From the human T2T-CHM13v2.0 reference genome, Homo sapiens: a stretch of 64,000 bases of DNA. Shown one piece after another: positions 32,699-45,050 of this stretch. Below the pieces are notes generated by a model. The model was not told the origin of the DNA. It made no database searches and saw nothing but the letters and a program-made list of their open reading frames with translations. Made by a program: the position numbers and the translations under genes. The DNA lies in assembly GCF_009914755.1 (NCBI RefSeq), contig NC_060929.1; one strand, written 5' to 3'. Every line of letters begins with the position of its first letter. The first letter of the stretch is position 1.

Positions 32699-34107
32699 TT
32701 GGGCAGGATCCAGATTTTATGAGGCTTGAGGCTTTGTAATTTTAGGAGTACTATTTAAGAAAAGGAATTCACATTTATAAATACAAAATTAAGCATAAGT
32801 GTCAATATTTACTTAAAGCATAAAAAGAAATCACAACAAAGTACCAACTTAAAAAATCTGATAAATACCCTAGACATATAAAATAGAAAAATAGCAAAGA
32901 TTTAAAAATTTAATTGCCTGTTGATATTATAGTTTTAATAACTCTACATCTTGAGATTGTTCTGGGGTGTTAAAATTTCATGTACTGCATTATTGAGTAT
33001 ATTCCTTAATATACTCAATATAAGAAAAATTTCTTTTGACTAGTAGTCAATGAGGACCCAATCTTTGTTTATACAGTTGACTCTTGAACAACTCAGGGGT
33101 TAGGGGCACTGACCCCCTGCACAGTCAAAAATCTGTGTATAATTTTTGACTCCCCCAAAACTTAACTACTAATAGCCCACTGTTGAAGCTATACAAATAT
33201 CATAGATAGTCAATTTAACAGAGATATTGCAGGTTATATGTATTATATGCTGTATTCTTACAATAAGTTAAAGAAAATGTTATTAAAATCGCAGGGAAGA
33301 GAAAACATATTTACTGTTCATTAAGTGGGAGTGGATCATCCTAAAGGTCTTCATCCTTGTTGTCTTCATGTTCAATAGGCTGAAGAGGAGGAAGAAGAGG
33401 ATGGGTTGGTCTTGATGTCTCACGGGTGGCAGAGGCAGAAGAAAATCCATCTGTAAGTGGACCTGTGCTGTTCAAACCCATGTTGTTCAAGGGTCACTGT
33501 AATTTTATAGGTCTTATGATTGGATAAATGTTCCTCAAATGAACTTTCAGCTTCTTGCAGTTCTTATTCCTCCTCCTCTCGCATACTCCCAACACTGGGT
33601 GCTGTAGGACCACTTATATTGTGATACAGCCTCTTGTCCTATATCTTCATGAGCCAGTGCTGGGGGAGTCGCATAGTGGCAGTAGGAATATTCTTCCTAG
33701 AAGCTATTCTTACTAGACAAGCTAGCAATAACTTAGCTGTATGTGGAAGTGGCTGTGAACCACATAAATACAACTCATTAAATTTAAATGTATTTCCAAC
33801 TCAACTTTCTCTCTTAGCTGGATCCCAAAATAACTGCAGCCACTTTAACACTCTCCTACTGCAATTGGTTGATTAAGACTGCTATTTCTTTCCACTACAA
33901 CATCTGCTTGAAGAAGATGTTGAAGTAGAAGGAAACAGGGGTCCTAATCAACCAAATGCAGTTAAAATATTTTACTTTTGCATTTTTTACAAAAACATAT
34001 AATCATGGTGACATTGTGAGGGCACTTTCAAGGGTCTTGGAAGGGGCCCATGCAAGTGAGGGGCCTGGAAATTCAGATTCATTAGCTTCACCACAGATCT
34101 ACTTCTG
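32699..34107 (-). mobile_element. Zaphod/MER115-like hAT-Tip100 element, internally deleted
   Basis: Right end cttggaaggggcccatgcaagtgaggggcc...ttcattagcttcac and left end ggcaggatccagattttatgaggc match the remembered termini. Confidence 0.65.
33074..33499 (+). mobile_element. Tigger2a-like element nested in the Tip100 element
   Basis: TA-CAGTTGACTCTTGAACAAC ... GTTGTTCAAGGGTCACTG-TA inverted termini. Confidence 0.85.
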
Positions 34108-36699
34108 TTTAACCAGTTCTTGAGTCTCTGCAGGGTCAGTAATTACAGATCAAATTAATTCATTCAGTTCTCTCAAGTGCTAGCGTTAGTCTTAGATTCT
34201 AAGAGCATTGACCTGAGAGACACATTTTCTCATTAGAATCTATTCTTCTAATTGGCAAAAATTATGTTCATACTTTATATTAGAATCTTTAAAGTAGATG
34301 AGTGACACAGTTATGATTCTAAAGAAACTTAAAGAGTGAATAACAAAGTGGCTTTAATAAAGAACTCCCCAGATCTTGTACTAGCACTTAGCTCTTTCTC
34401 CCCAATCATCTTTGGCTTCCATTCTGACATATACTACTTATGCAACATGCATACTCCCATCATTCTTGACCATATAGTTCTGCTTTTGTCTCAAAGGATG
34501 GGGCCTAACTGCGTGGTTGATTTTCACCCAAGCACCATCAATCAAAAAGGACCCTGCCATGCTTTTCTGACATATAATGTACACAGAGAAGTGCATTACT
34601 GAACAGAAAATACCTGCGAAGTTTGCTTTCTTAACTCCTCAGAAGTGATCATTTTGTTGAGCCAAGTGAGCTTTTTGGTACCACCCAGGTTCGGGATTTC
34701 ATGATTCTGTGAGTCAATGGTGCTATACAGGCTGACAGTTTCAATCTTACCTGGCCAGTTGTTCAGAGTTACGGAAAACCTCACCCTCTTTATGGGGTCT
34801 CCTGGCTCAGGATTTCTGCCATATCTGGCATGGGGTGCACAAATAGAAGAATATCTTCTACTTAAAGACAGAAGATGTTGTCTGGGTCTCTGTGACTACC
34901 TGGGGGAGGGTAAGAAAGCCAACAGACTCTCCATGTGTTCCAAAAGGTAATTGAACTCAGGCGCCAAGAGAAGCCAGTCTGGTAAGTTTCTGAGAATGAA
35001 AGTCCGCTAGACCATTCCCTAAGTGTGTGATTTCAGAAAAGTCACTTAACCTCCCGAGGTTCAGTTTCTCTGCTGTATGTGATAGGTGTTGTGAGGATTC
35101 AATAAATACATAAAAGGGAGGTGGTAGGAAGGTACTAGTTCAAGTTCATGTTGATTTTTTTTTTTTAATGTTCACAATATTGGCAGGAGCAAGATAGAGA
35201 AGCTGAGAGAAAAGTTTGTGCGTTGGGGGGACTGGGAAGGGAAGGGAGTGACCAAATTTAAAGTTCTATGTACATATATCTATACACATGTTTATGTATA
35301 TGTATATGTGTATGTAAATATGTAGTTTTCAATAGGCCCCAAATAGCAATGTCAAGAAGAAAAATCATGCAATTTCTGGCTACTTGTAGTCTTTATTCTA
35401 TGACTTGAAGACTGTTGACGGCGTCTGGCTGTAAAAGTACCTCTCACTTTCTGGTGCCACCAGGAGGGCTGGGTTCTTTGGACTCAGCATAGGTTTGGGC
35501 TCCTGAACATCAACTGTGCTCTGAAGGTGTTTTTTGCACCGCATGAACTTGGAGCATCCAGAAGCTGCCGGTTTCTCAGTGCTTACGGGATTTTATTTCA
35601 GCTCTAATTTCCCCAAACCAGCACAGGTCCTAGAGGAACCTGTATGTCTTTAGCTATTTTAGTTTTTTTTCCCCACCTTGAAATTATTTCTAATAATTAT
35701 ATTTAATAATCTACTACCTAATATACATCAGCTGCCTGAAATAAGTAAAACAATATTTCTTGAGAATTTTGAGACTTGACACTTACCACTGAGTTTTGAA
35801 TTAACACATAGCCTTTTATTTCATAGAAGGCCTTGTCAAAATTTGCTCTCATATATTATTTGAATAGAGCTGCCTAAAAGCTTTTTTTTCTTTCTTTAGG
35901 GAAAAAGTACTTTGCTAGAGAGTTGAAGGACTTCATTTTAACGTTGCAATCACTTGTTTCTAAACTTAAAATTTGAATAAATTTTTCATATTAGATTCTT
36001 CTAATTTCTGGCTATGATTTGCAAAAGATGATTTATTTTTTCATGGAACAAGATTTTCAGAAGTAATTAAAAGTAATCTCCTATTAGGGAGACCACTAAC
36101 AAGACTAACACATTCTATAACTTCTTTAAGATTTAACAGCCTTTTGTATTTACTTGGCCTGGGAGATTAGGCTTTTAGTGGATAATGACTTTCATCATAA
36201 CAATGAGAAAGATGGGACACTTCTATTATAACGGGCTGGGATCAAACTCTTCTATTAGAGCTTTTTAGTCTTGTTTCTGTGTTCCACATTGCTTTTTATA
36301 ATTAGTTTCAAGTTTAATCATATGAAATTTGAGGGGAAAAGGAAAGGAGAACTTATGTGAAAATCCACATTTGTAAATGGATAAGTTTTAAGCTATTTAG
36401 CATAGACCTTGATGGCCTATGAAGGCAGAGATGCCCAAATGTAGAAATAAAGAGGTTTATCCCTGTGGTATAGCCATGGAATTATACTACTTTCTCCTCT
36501 AGAGATAGAGTAATATTCTGGGGCTAGAAGATTGTCCTTAAGAATAGGGACATTTTCTATGGGTGGGTATTAAACTAGATATTCTATTGTATAAAAATTC
36601 TTAATATAAAGTGGAATGTACCTGGTGAAGAGGTAACCTATAACAAAAGAATAATTGTCTTAATATATACTCTTACCAGTCAATAAGGCAGACATGAAT

Positions 36700-37175
36700 G
36701 TTCCATTAAAAATAATGGACAGAAGTCAATATTTAAATATAAAAGAAGAAAGATACATAGTTAATAAACATAGAAAAAGATTCAATTTTATTAGTAATCA
36801 ACAAATGAAAATGACAACAAAGTAAGATATCACTTTGCCTGTTAAATTTGAAGAGATCAGATCATTAATATCCCGCATTAGTGAAAGTGTGGGGACCAAA
36901 CACTATTCATGCAAGTGGGGTGTGGGCGATCTCTACAAGTAGAAGCTTAGGGCAATGTAATGCACATATTAAACAAAACTTCAAAAAGCATATATATAGT
37001 CTGACTCAGCAATCCCACTTCTAGATTAATCTCAAGGAAATAATAGGACAAGTCCAAGAATATTATTGGTGGCTTTAGAAATACTTAAAAATTATTTTAA
37101 AACATTAGTTAAGTGTGTCATAGAACATTAATACAATTTAATATTATGCAGCCACTAAAAAGAGTGATATATACA
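36700..37175 (+). mobile_element. Ancient L1M(E) fragment
   Basis: Degenerate ORF2 3' motifs: aaacatagaaaaagattcaa, ttagtaatca, gactcagcaatcccacttctag. Confidence 0.55.
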
Positions 37176-37180
37176 TATAG

Positions 37181-37550
37181 CCTACTGAGAGGTAATTCTT
37201 CACGAGTCTCTCACGTTCATGTATGGCTTGAGAGTAGAGGTGCTGACTGCGTTAGCTCCAAACCAACTTTACAAGGATGCTTGCCTAGTGAACAACCTTG
37301 GAATAGAGAGACAGCATTTTCCTCCAGAGCAAAGCACTGGCATGCTTACTACCCAGTATAAAAGATTCTGATTCTTTTAAGGTTAGGGTTCTTCTCCTTT
37401 AACACAGCCCAGGGCATGTGTGCAGGTATCACCTGGTCTTCTTTGCCCTGCAGGATTGGAAATTAATATAAGAAAATATTGACATTCTGCCTATTGTTAT
37501 TTCTGTGAGTAATATTTATTGCTGACTCAGGAGTCTTGCATCTTTTATCA
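37181..37550 (+). mobile_element. LTR40-like ERVL LTR, 3'-truncated
   Basis: aattcttcacgagtctctcacg, agaggtgctgactgc, caaggatg, ccagagcaaag, tgactcaggagtcttg. Confidence 0.65.
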
Positions 37551-37645
37551 GTACAATGGACTGAATGTTTATGCCCTGCATAAATTCATATGTTGAAATC
37601 CTAACCCTCAAGATAATGGTATTAGGAGGTAGGATCCATGGGAGG
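37551..37645 (+). mobile_element. MLT1A/B 5' fragment
   Basis: atggactgaatgtttatg...aattcatatgttgaaatcctaac...ggtattaggaggt. Confidence 0.75.
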
Positions 37646-38120
37646 TGTAATGGTTAATTTTAGATGTTAACTTGACTGGATTAAGCGACACCTGGATAGC
37701 TGATAAAGCATTATTTTTATGTATGTTTGTGAGGGCTTTTTCCAGTGGAATGAATAAAGAATATCACCCTCATCAATGCATCATCCAGTCAGTTTAGGGC
37801 CCAAATAGAACAAAAATGTAGTGGAAGATTTGCTCTCTCTGAGCTGGGACATCCAGCTTCTCTTGCCCTTAGATATCAGTGTTTGTGGTTCTCAGGCCTC
37901 TGGACTCATACTGAGACTTAGACTAGTGGCTCCCCTGGTTTTTGGACTATCGGACTTGGACTGAATTATACCATTGGCTCTCCAGTGTGCAGACAGCAGA
38001 TCATGGGAGTTCTCAGCCTCCATAATCACATGAACCAATTTTTATAATAAACCTTCTTAGGTATCTATCTATTCATTTATCCTACTGGTTCTGTTTCTCT
38101 GGAGAATCCTGATTAACACA
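37646..38120 (+). mobile_element. MLT2 (HERV-L) solo LTR
   Basis: TGTAATGGTTAATTTTAGATGTTAACTTGACTGG start; ends ggttctgtttctctggagaatcctgattaacaCA. Confidence 0.88.
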
Positions 38121-39320
38121 CCATTGTATAGTGGCTCATAATTTATTTAACCAGACTCCCATTGGTAGTTCCAGTTTTTGACTGGTACAAACAATGCTAC
38201 AGTAAATCTTCTTGTATAGATACCTTGATGGATATATACCTGCAAACTAAAAACATTCTCAGATCTGTGCTGAAGTGTTTTGACCCCATGGATTGGTTGG
38301 GAGCCAGAGGCTGATTTTATAGTACTAGGTCAAAAATGTTTTTGAAAAATAAACAAAAGATATTAAATAGTATATTTAGTATGGCCTCATTTTGAATACA
38401 TGAATAAGTAGAAGTCTGGAGGAAAGCTACAGAAATATTAGCAGTGGTTAATTCTGGGTTATAACCTTTATTCCTCTTTATAATCTTTCATATTTTCTGA
38501 TATTTTTTGCACTATGCATGCATTACCTTTGTAATCAGAAGGGCAATAAAGTTACTAAAATTGAGAGGCAGTATGTAACAAAGCAAGGGCAGAAAATGGA
38601 ATATAGACACAAGACATCAAAAGATGTGAATTAAAGGCTTCATGTTAAAGAAATGATGTGACAGATTTTAATTAAAATTGTTGGAGGCAGGCTTAGTATT
38701 TCTTGAGTTCAGGGGAAAGAAATGCTTCCCAATAGAGCAAATGTGGGGATTAGCAAACAGAGATACACATTTATTCTTTTATTCATTCTGCATTCTTATT
38801 TTTTTCTTATATTTACTAATCCATTCTATTTCTCTACTAGTTACTGTATGCCTAATCCTGCTTTAGATGCTATGTAAGATGCAATATCAAGAACAGGTAA
38901 TAATATGTAAAGCAACTAATAATATGCTTGATAGTAATTTTACCTAGAAATGGCTCCCAGTTTGTGGTTAATTGAGGACATTATTTTCTGTTTTACTGTT
39001 CTTTTGATCATCTTTATTACTCACTATTCTGTTTTCTACAATTGTGTGGATTTGTGAAAGAATGCCGACATAAAATGAAGAGTCATTAATTCAGCCACAT
39101 GCTGATCAAATGAGTGTCTTGCAGAGAAATTAAGGTGAGTCCCTTGACACTTTAGCTGCTGATTTTTGAAAAAAAAATGCAGGTGTGCATAAAATGATTT
39201 ATTGATTAACAGACAGCTAGCAGTTTAAATGGAAATTTCCCCTTAGCTAGCAGTTTATATGAAAATGCGTATGATGCGTATGATGACAGCACTGAATTTG
39301 CACATTTTCTGGTTAGCAGT

Positions 39321-40751
39321 TGATATGGTTTGGATGTTTGTCCCTTCCAAATCTCATGTTAAAATTTGATCCCTAATGTTGGGCCAACATTAGGGGCCAG
39401 GTGGGAGGCGTTTGGATCATGAAAGTGGATCCTTTAAAAACTTCTTGGTGCCACAGCAAAATAAACTATCATCAGAATGAACAGGCAACCTACAGAATGG
39501 GAGAAAATTTTTGTAATCTATCCATCTGACAAAGGGCTAATATCCAGAATCTACAAAGAACTTAAGCAAATTTATAAGAAAAAAGCAAACAACCCCATCA
39601 CAAAAAGGGCAAAGGATATGAACAGACAATTCTCAAAAGAAGACATTTATGCAGCCAACAGACACATGAAAAAATGCTCATCATCACTGGTCATTAGAGA
39701 AATGCAAATCAAAACCACAGTTGAGATACCATCTCACACCAGTTAGAATGGTGATCATTAAAAAGTCAGGAAACAACAGATGCTATAAAGGTTGTAGAAA
39801 AATAGGAACACTTTTACACAGTTGGTGGGAGTGTAAATTGTGGAAGACAGTGTGGAACCATTGTGGAAGACAGTGTGGCAATTCCTCAAGGATCTAGAAC
39901 TAGAAATACCATTTGACCCAGCAATCCCATTACTGGGCATATAGCCAAAGGATTCTAAATCATTGTAAGATAAAGGCACATGCACATGTGTTTATTGCAG
40001 CACTATTCACAATAGCAAAGACTTGGAAACAACCCAAATGTCCATCAGTGATAGACTGGATTAAGAAAATGTGGCACATATACACCATGGAATACTATGC
40101 AGCCATAAAAAGGATGAGTTCATGTCCTTTGCAGGGACATAGATGAAGCTGGAAACCATCATTCTCAGCAAACTAACAGAGAAACAGAAAACCAAACACC
40201 ACATGTTCTCACTCATAAGTGAGAGTGGAACAATGAGAACACTTGGACACAGGGAGGGGATCATTACACACTGGGGCCTGTGCGTGTTGGGGGCCTGGGG
40301 GGGGATAGCATTAGGAGAAATACCTAATGTAGGTGATGGGTTGATGGGTTCAGTAAACCACCATGGCACGTGTATACCTATGTAACAAAACTGCACCTTC
40401 TCCACATGTAACCCTGAACTTAAAGTATTAAAAAAACAAAACAAAAACTTCTTGGTGCCATCCTGGAGGGTAATGAGTGAGTTCTCATGCTATTAGTTCC
40501 CCTGGGAGCTGTTGTTAAAAATAGCCTGGTCTGGCACCTCCTCCCGTCTTTGCTTCTTTTCTCGCCATGTGATGCCTGTTCCCATCACCTCCCACTGTGA
40601 GTGGAAGCTCCCTGAGACCCTCACCAGAAGTAGATGTTGGTGCCATGCTCCTTGTACAACCTGTAGAACTGTAAGCCAAATAAATCTCTTTTCTTTATGA
40701 ATTACCCAGCCTCAGGTATTCCTTTATAGCAATCCAAAATGGACTAAGACA
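39321..40751 (+). mobile_element. MSTB-like MaLR solo LTR interrupted by L1
   Basis: TGATATGGTTTGGATGTTTGTCCC start; resumes at 40461; ends aatggactaagaCA. Confidence 0.87.
39454..40442 (+). mobile_element. 5'-truncated L1PA7/8-like LINE-1
   Basis: ORF2 C-terminus, 3'UTR and A-rich tail; perfect 18-bp TSD AAAAACTTCTTGGTGCCA (39436-39453 / 40443-40460). Confidence 0.94.
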
Positions 40752-41423
40752 GAAGCTGTCAAATTTAGACCTTCACACTTAACCTCTGTAGCAGGGAACT
40801 ATTTTCTATTAATATTCTTTTTTAAACCTCTTCTCACCAGTAAAAATGAGTGTTCTGATTTTCAGGAATGCCATCTTGTGTCTTCTCTTCATTTGAGTCT
40901 TTTGTGTGGGTAACGTTAATGAGTCCCTCTGACTCTGTCATGACATATCTGACCTAGTACTCTGGAAAGAATATGTCCTTTTAGTATACAGAAAGTCCTG
41001 GTAGGTCAGGAAGAATTTAGTTTATTCAAGTGGAGACATTCAGTTCATGCTGGGAGAAGTTAGTTTATTTGTTAAGTTTGTGGTGAGACTTTGAATTCTC
41101 ACATTAAGTTTGACAGAGTAGTTGATGATATTTGGTCATGTTTTGGCTTCCTAACAGCCTCTGGCTGACTTAAAAATAAATCATTACAGACAGACCATTA
41201 AGTTTTATGAACTATGAATGTGCTTAAAAGCCCATTTTAATGAAATGCTCTAAGTTTCTCCATGGGCCATTGCTTTTACCTGAGCCATGACTACATTTCA
41301 AATCCTACTGACCATTTCAAAGGTGATTATTCCACTCAGATGATAGCATGACTGGTGCCTTTGTAAAGCATTGACTGTGTTTGACCTCACAGCGAGGTGA
41401 GGTTGAAAACTTTGGTAGTATTA

Positions 41424-41923
41424 CAGCAGTTCCCGCTTATCTGCGGGGATATGTTCCAAGACCCTCAGTGGATGCCTGAAACTGTGGATAGTACCAACCC
41501 TATATATACTAAGTTTTTTCATATACATACATAGCTATGATAAAGTTTAATTTATAAATTAGGCAGAGTATGAGATTAACAACAATAAGAAGGTAGAACA
41601 ATTATAACAATATACTGTAATAAAAGCAAAATAAGGGTGACTTGAACCCTGTACTTCTATTGCACTGCAATATTGCAACAGTGATCCGATAACTGAGATG
41701 GCTTCTAAATGCCTAATAGGTGGGCAGGGTCTACAGAACGGATACACTGGATGAGGGATAATTCATCTCCAAAGCAGGATGGAGCTGAATGCTGTTCAAT
41801 TAAAATCTTGTGAATTATTTCTTGAATTTTCCATTTAATATTTTTGGACCTTGGTTGGCCATGTGTAACTGAAACCACAGAAAATGAAACTATAGATAAG
41901 TGGTGGTGGTGGGGGGGCTACTG
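41424..41923 (-). mobile_element. MER44B-like (Tigger7) element
   Basis: TA-CAGCAGTTCCCGCTTATC ... GGGGGCTACTG-TA termini with MER44 body. Confidence 0.8.
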
Positions 41924-42086
41924 TACTGAGTATTTGTTAACTAAGTATTTGTAAAACTTTTGGTTATGGTGTGTGATTAAATTCCTTCTGACTGCATAAA
42001 TGCTATGGTCTATGAAAAATGATGATTAAAAAGATTGTTTTTTGTTCACAACATTTATTTTATTATGTATTTATTTTTATTTAAGT

Positions 42087-42228
42087 TTTTCTTTTTTAGA
42101 GATAGGGTCTTTTATGTTGCCTAGGCTGGCCTCGAACTCCTAGCTTTAAGGAACTCCTGGGTTCAAGCGATTCTCCTGCCTCAGCCTCCATAGTAGATGG
42201 GACTACAGGAACATGCCATGGTGCCCAA
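42087..42228 (-). mobile_element. Partial Alu / monomer fragment
   Basis: tagagatagggtct...ctgggttcaagcgattctcctgcctcagcctcc. Confidence 0.75.
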
Positions 42229-45050
42229 TCTACGTTTTTTAAAAAGTGAACTTTGTTTCCTCTAAAACAATAACTTGTCTCCAAATTTTTTTTGCTATTA
42301 TGCACAAGGTGACGTAGATTCTTATTTTATAAAATCTGGAAAAAAAAATGGAAAGGAGTTTATCATGGTGGTTAGTAATTGAGTTTCTGTTCTGGTTGCA
42401 CTATTTAAAGCTGCGTGATAGTAATTTAGGTGCCTAGATCCTCTGAGATTTCCTTTAAAATGAGAACAGCACCAGTATCATAGGTTATAAGTTACAAACT
42501 TATAAGTTACTATATATCTCTATATATGTATGAAAATGTATTGCTATTGTTGTTTTCACTGATATTTATATAGCAACTAGACTAGGCATCAAATTATTTT
42601 ACAAAGAGCCTTATTATGGTTTCTCTATTCATTGGAAGCAGCATAGATGAGGAAGTTGCAGGGCCTAGGAATTTGATATTGATGAAGAAGCCCCATTTTC
42701 TTTCTATGTTCAATTATCTGGGTCCCCTCTCTTTTTTCTCCTTTGCTTAAAAAATACACCTTACCCACAAACCCTCTTTATCAAGACTCAGCATGCTTCA
42801 AGGTGACTTTATGGCCTTTGCTAAGACCCCCTGACCAAAGACCGTCAGAAACACAGCTACAGTAAAAATAAAAGGGTTAAATTTAATAGTTTGCCTCAGC
42901 AGGGAAGCATGCACACCGTGGATGACCTTGGGAAGTTCATCTTCAATTTACCCTTCTGTAACTTCCCTTTGGAAGTTAGAGAAGGGTAAATCTAGAGTTT
43001 TGAGGACTAGAGTTAGTCACCGAATAGTCCTGATGGGGACTAGTAGAATTTGTCAGCTAGGGTGAGCCTGTGTCTTATCTTGGAAGATAGGGCCCGAGCA
43101 AGTTGCCATTAAAGAATCTGAGCTTAGACTGTTTTCTTGATGCCACAATTTGGTCCAGTTTTGCAAGCTGTGAGTTCTGTTTCAATTCTCGGTTACCATC
43201 TTCTGGTCATTCTTCAGTCTAAACTGAAGGAGAGACCATTGTCTCTGGGACATGATCTATCAGATCTGCACTATTGTCTGGAGTCTGTTGATTAGAAGAT
43301 TGCTCAGAGAATGTCATCTGCAGTTGAACTAGAGTTAGTCCCTCATGTTTCTTTAGTTGCAGAATGACCTGTTGCATCATCTGGTATGCCAGTGACTATA
43401 CCGCAGCATTTCAGACTCTGGAGACATATACCTGGCACCTGCCAGATAGGCAAAACTAGGACAAGGATTATTACTACAGTTTGAAACATGCCCGTAACTG
43501 ATTTAGATGTCCCTTTAATTTTGATATAGATTGTTTGACTTTGCCAATACCTGAGTAATTAGTCCTTAACCCAGTGGTTTGTTAGGGGTAAAGTTCTTGA
43601 GATTACCATGATTAAAAATGGAGATGTCTACTAACAATTAATTTATAACCTTAATCCAGCAGGAACAAAACAATGCAATGCAGCACATGGTAATCAGTGG
43701 TTTCTGCCTCTGGAGAGGTTTGTTTTCAAAGTACTGGGTGGAAGTCATCTTCAATACTCAGGCTGAAGAGTCCTAGAAATCATCATTCAGTCACAGGAGA
43801 CTCTTCATGGTGCTGATGTTAATGGTGCCTGGGGATTACTCCCCTGTAGTATTAATAGACCAGGGTACCTGGTATAATCCTTTATTGAGGTTCTTTTGTT
43901 ATTACTTCTACTATGGAAGATTCAGACCCTGATCTTACGCTTATGGCAGGGCCTTTTAGGTGAATATAAGGAAAAAGCAGAGATCATTTTCCATAATATG
44001 ATTAAATGGCTCTGATTATTTTTTGTAATAAGTAACAACATTAGAGTGAAGGGGAGTGGAATTCTATAATAATTAATAATACAAAATGCTCTTATAAGAA
44101 CTTAGTCCTTATAAGATTTTCCTAGAATTAGAACATGTTATGGACTGTGAAGGTATTGACAAATCTCTAGGCCTTCAATTTATCTCCAAAAGTATACTAC
44201 GAATGTTACCAGTTGACAAGTATGTTTTAACAGAAAGGCAAAAATATTTTGTATATAGTTATTATATCAGTCTTTTATGTGAACATGTGTGTTTCTTTAT
44301 ATCTGAAAGGCATGTGACTATTGGAACATATTTATATTAACTCATTCTACTTTTATATAATCTTGGAAGTCTGAATTTTTCTTTTGACTTTACCCTCCCA
44401 AGGAAAATAAAACTTATCTTATGGAAAAATTTTTTTCAAGGTAACTGTGCCAACAGTTTGAGTAAACTTGGAAGATTCTGCAATGAGTAAACACTGCCCT
44501 ATAGTCTTGGAAGAAGACTCAAACGTTTTACTCAAATTAATTATTTACATCTTTTAATTGGTAATAAATTCAATTGAATATGCGTATAAGCTTTGCAAGC
44601 TTCATTCCCACTCAAAAATAACAAATATATTCAGGTTGCTTTTTAAATTTAAAAAGTGAATATGTTGAGTCAGCTCTTGATTAATATTTGTTGATTCAAA
44701 AATACTGCCCAAAATTTACAAGTTGCTGATATTTTTGAGCAGAGAACCCAGATCATGAACCCAATGGTTTTAAAAGCCTAATTTTAATTTTTTTTCCTTC
44801 TCTATTTGCTATCCAAGTTTCAAAATTTGTTATTTGCTACTCAAGTGACAGTGTTAATAAAATGTGAAATTTGTTCTTATAATAACATGGAACCATTTCA
44901 GAAATAAGTTTAGTTTTATCTTGACATTTGTTTGACAATGGGAGACCATTATTGGATTGCAGGCTCACATCTGTCTAAGTTATTGTCTAATTAACCTGAA
45001 ATATGCTTGCAGAGGCATAATTTTCTCTATATCATTGTTTCCCAACTTTT

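Noticed and set aside
42815-43400. Possible old LTR remnant
   Set aside because: Faint resemblance only; I could not assign a family or ends.
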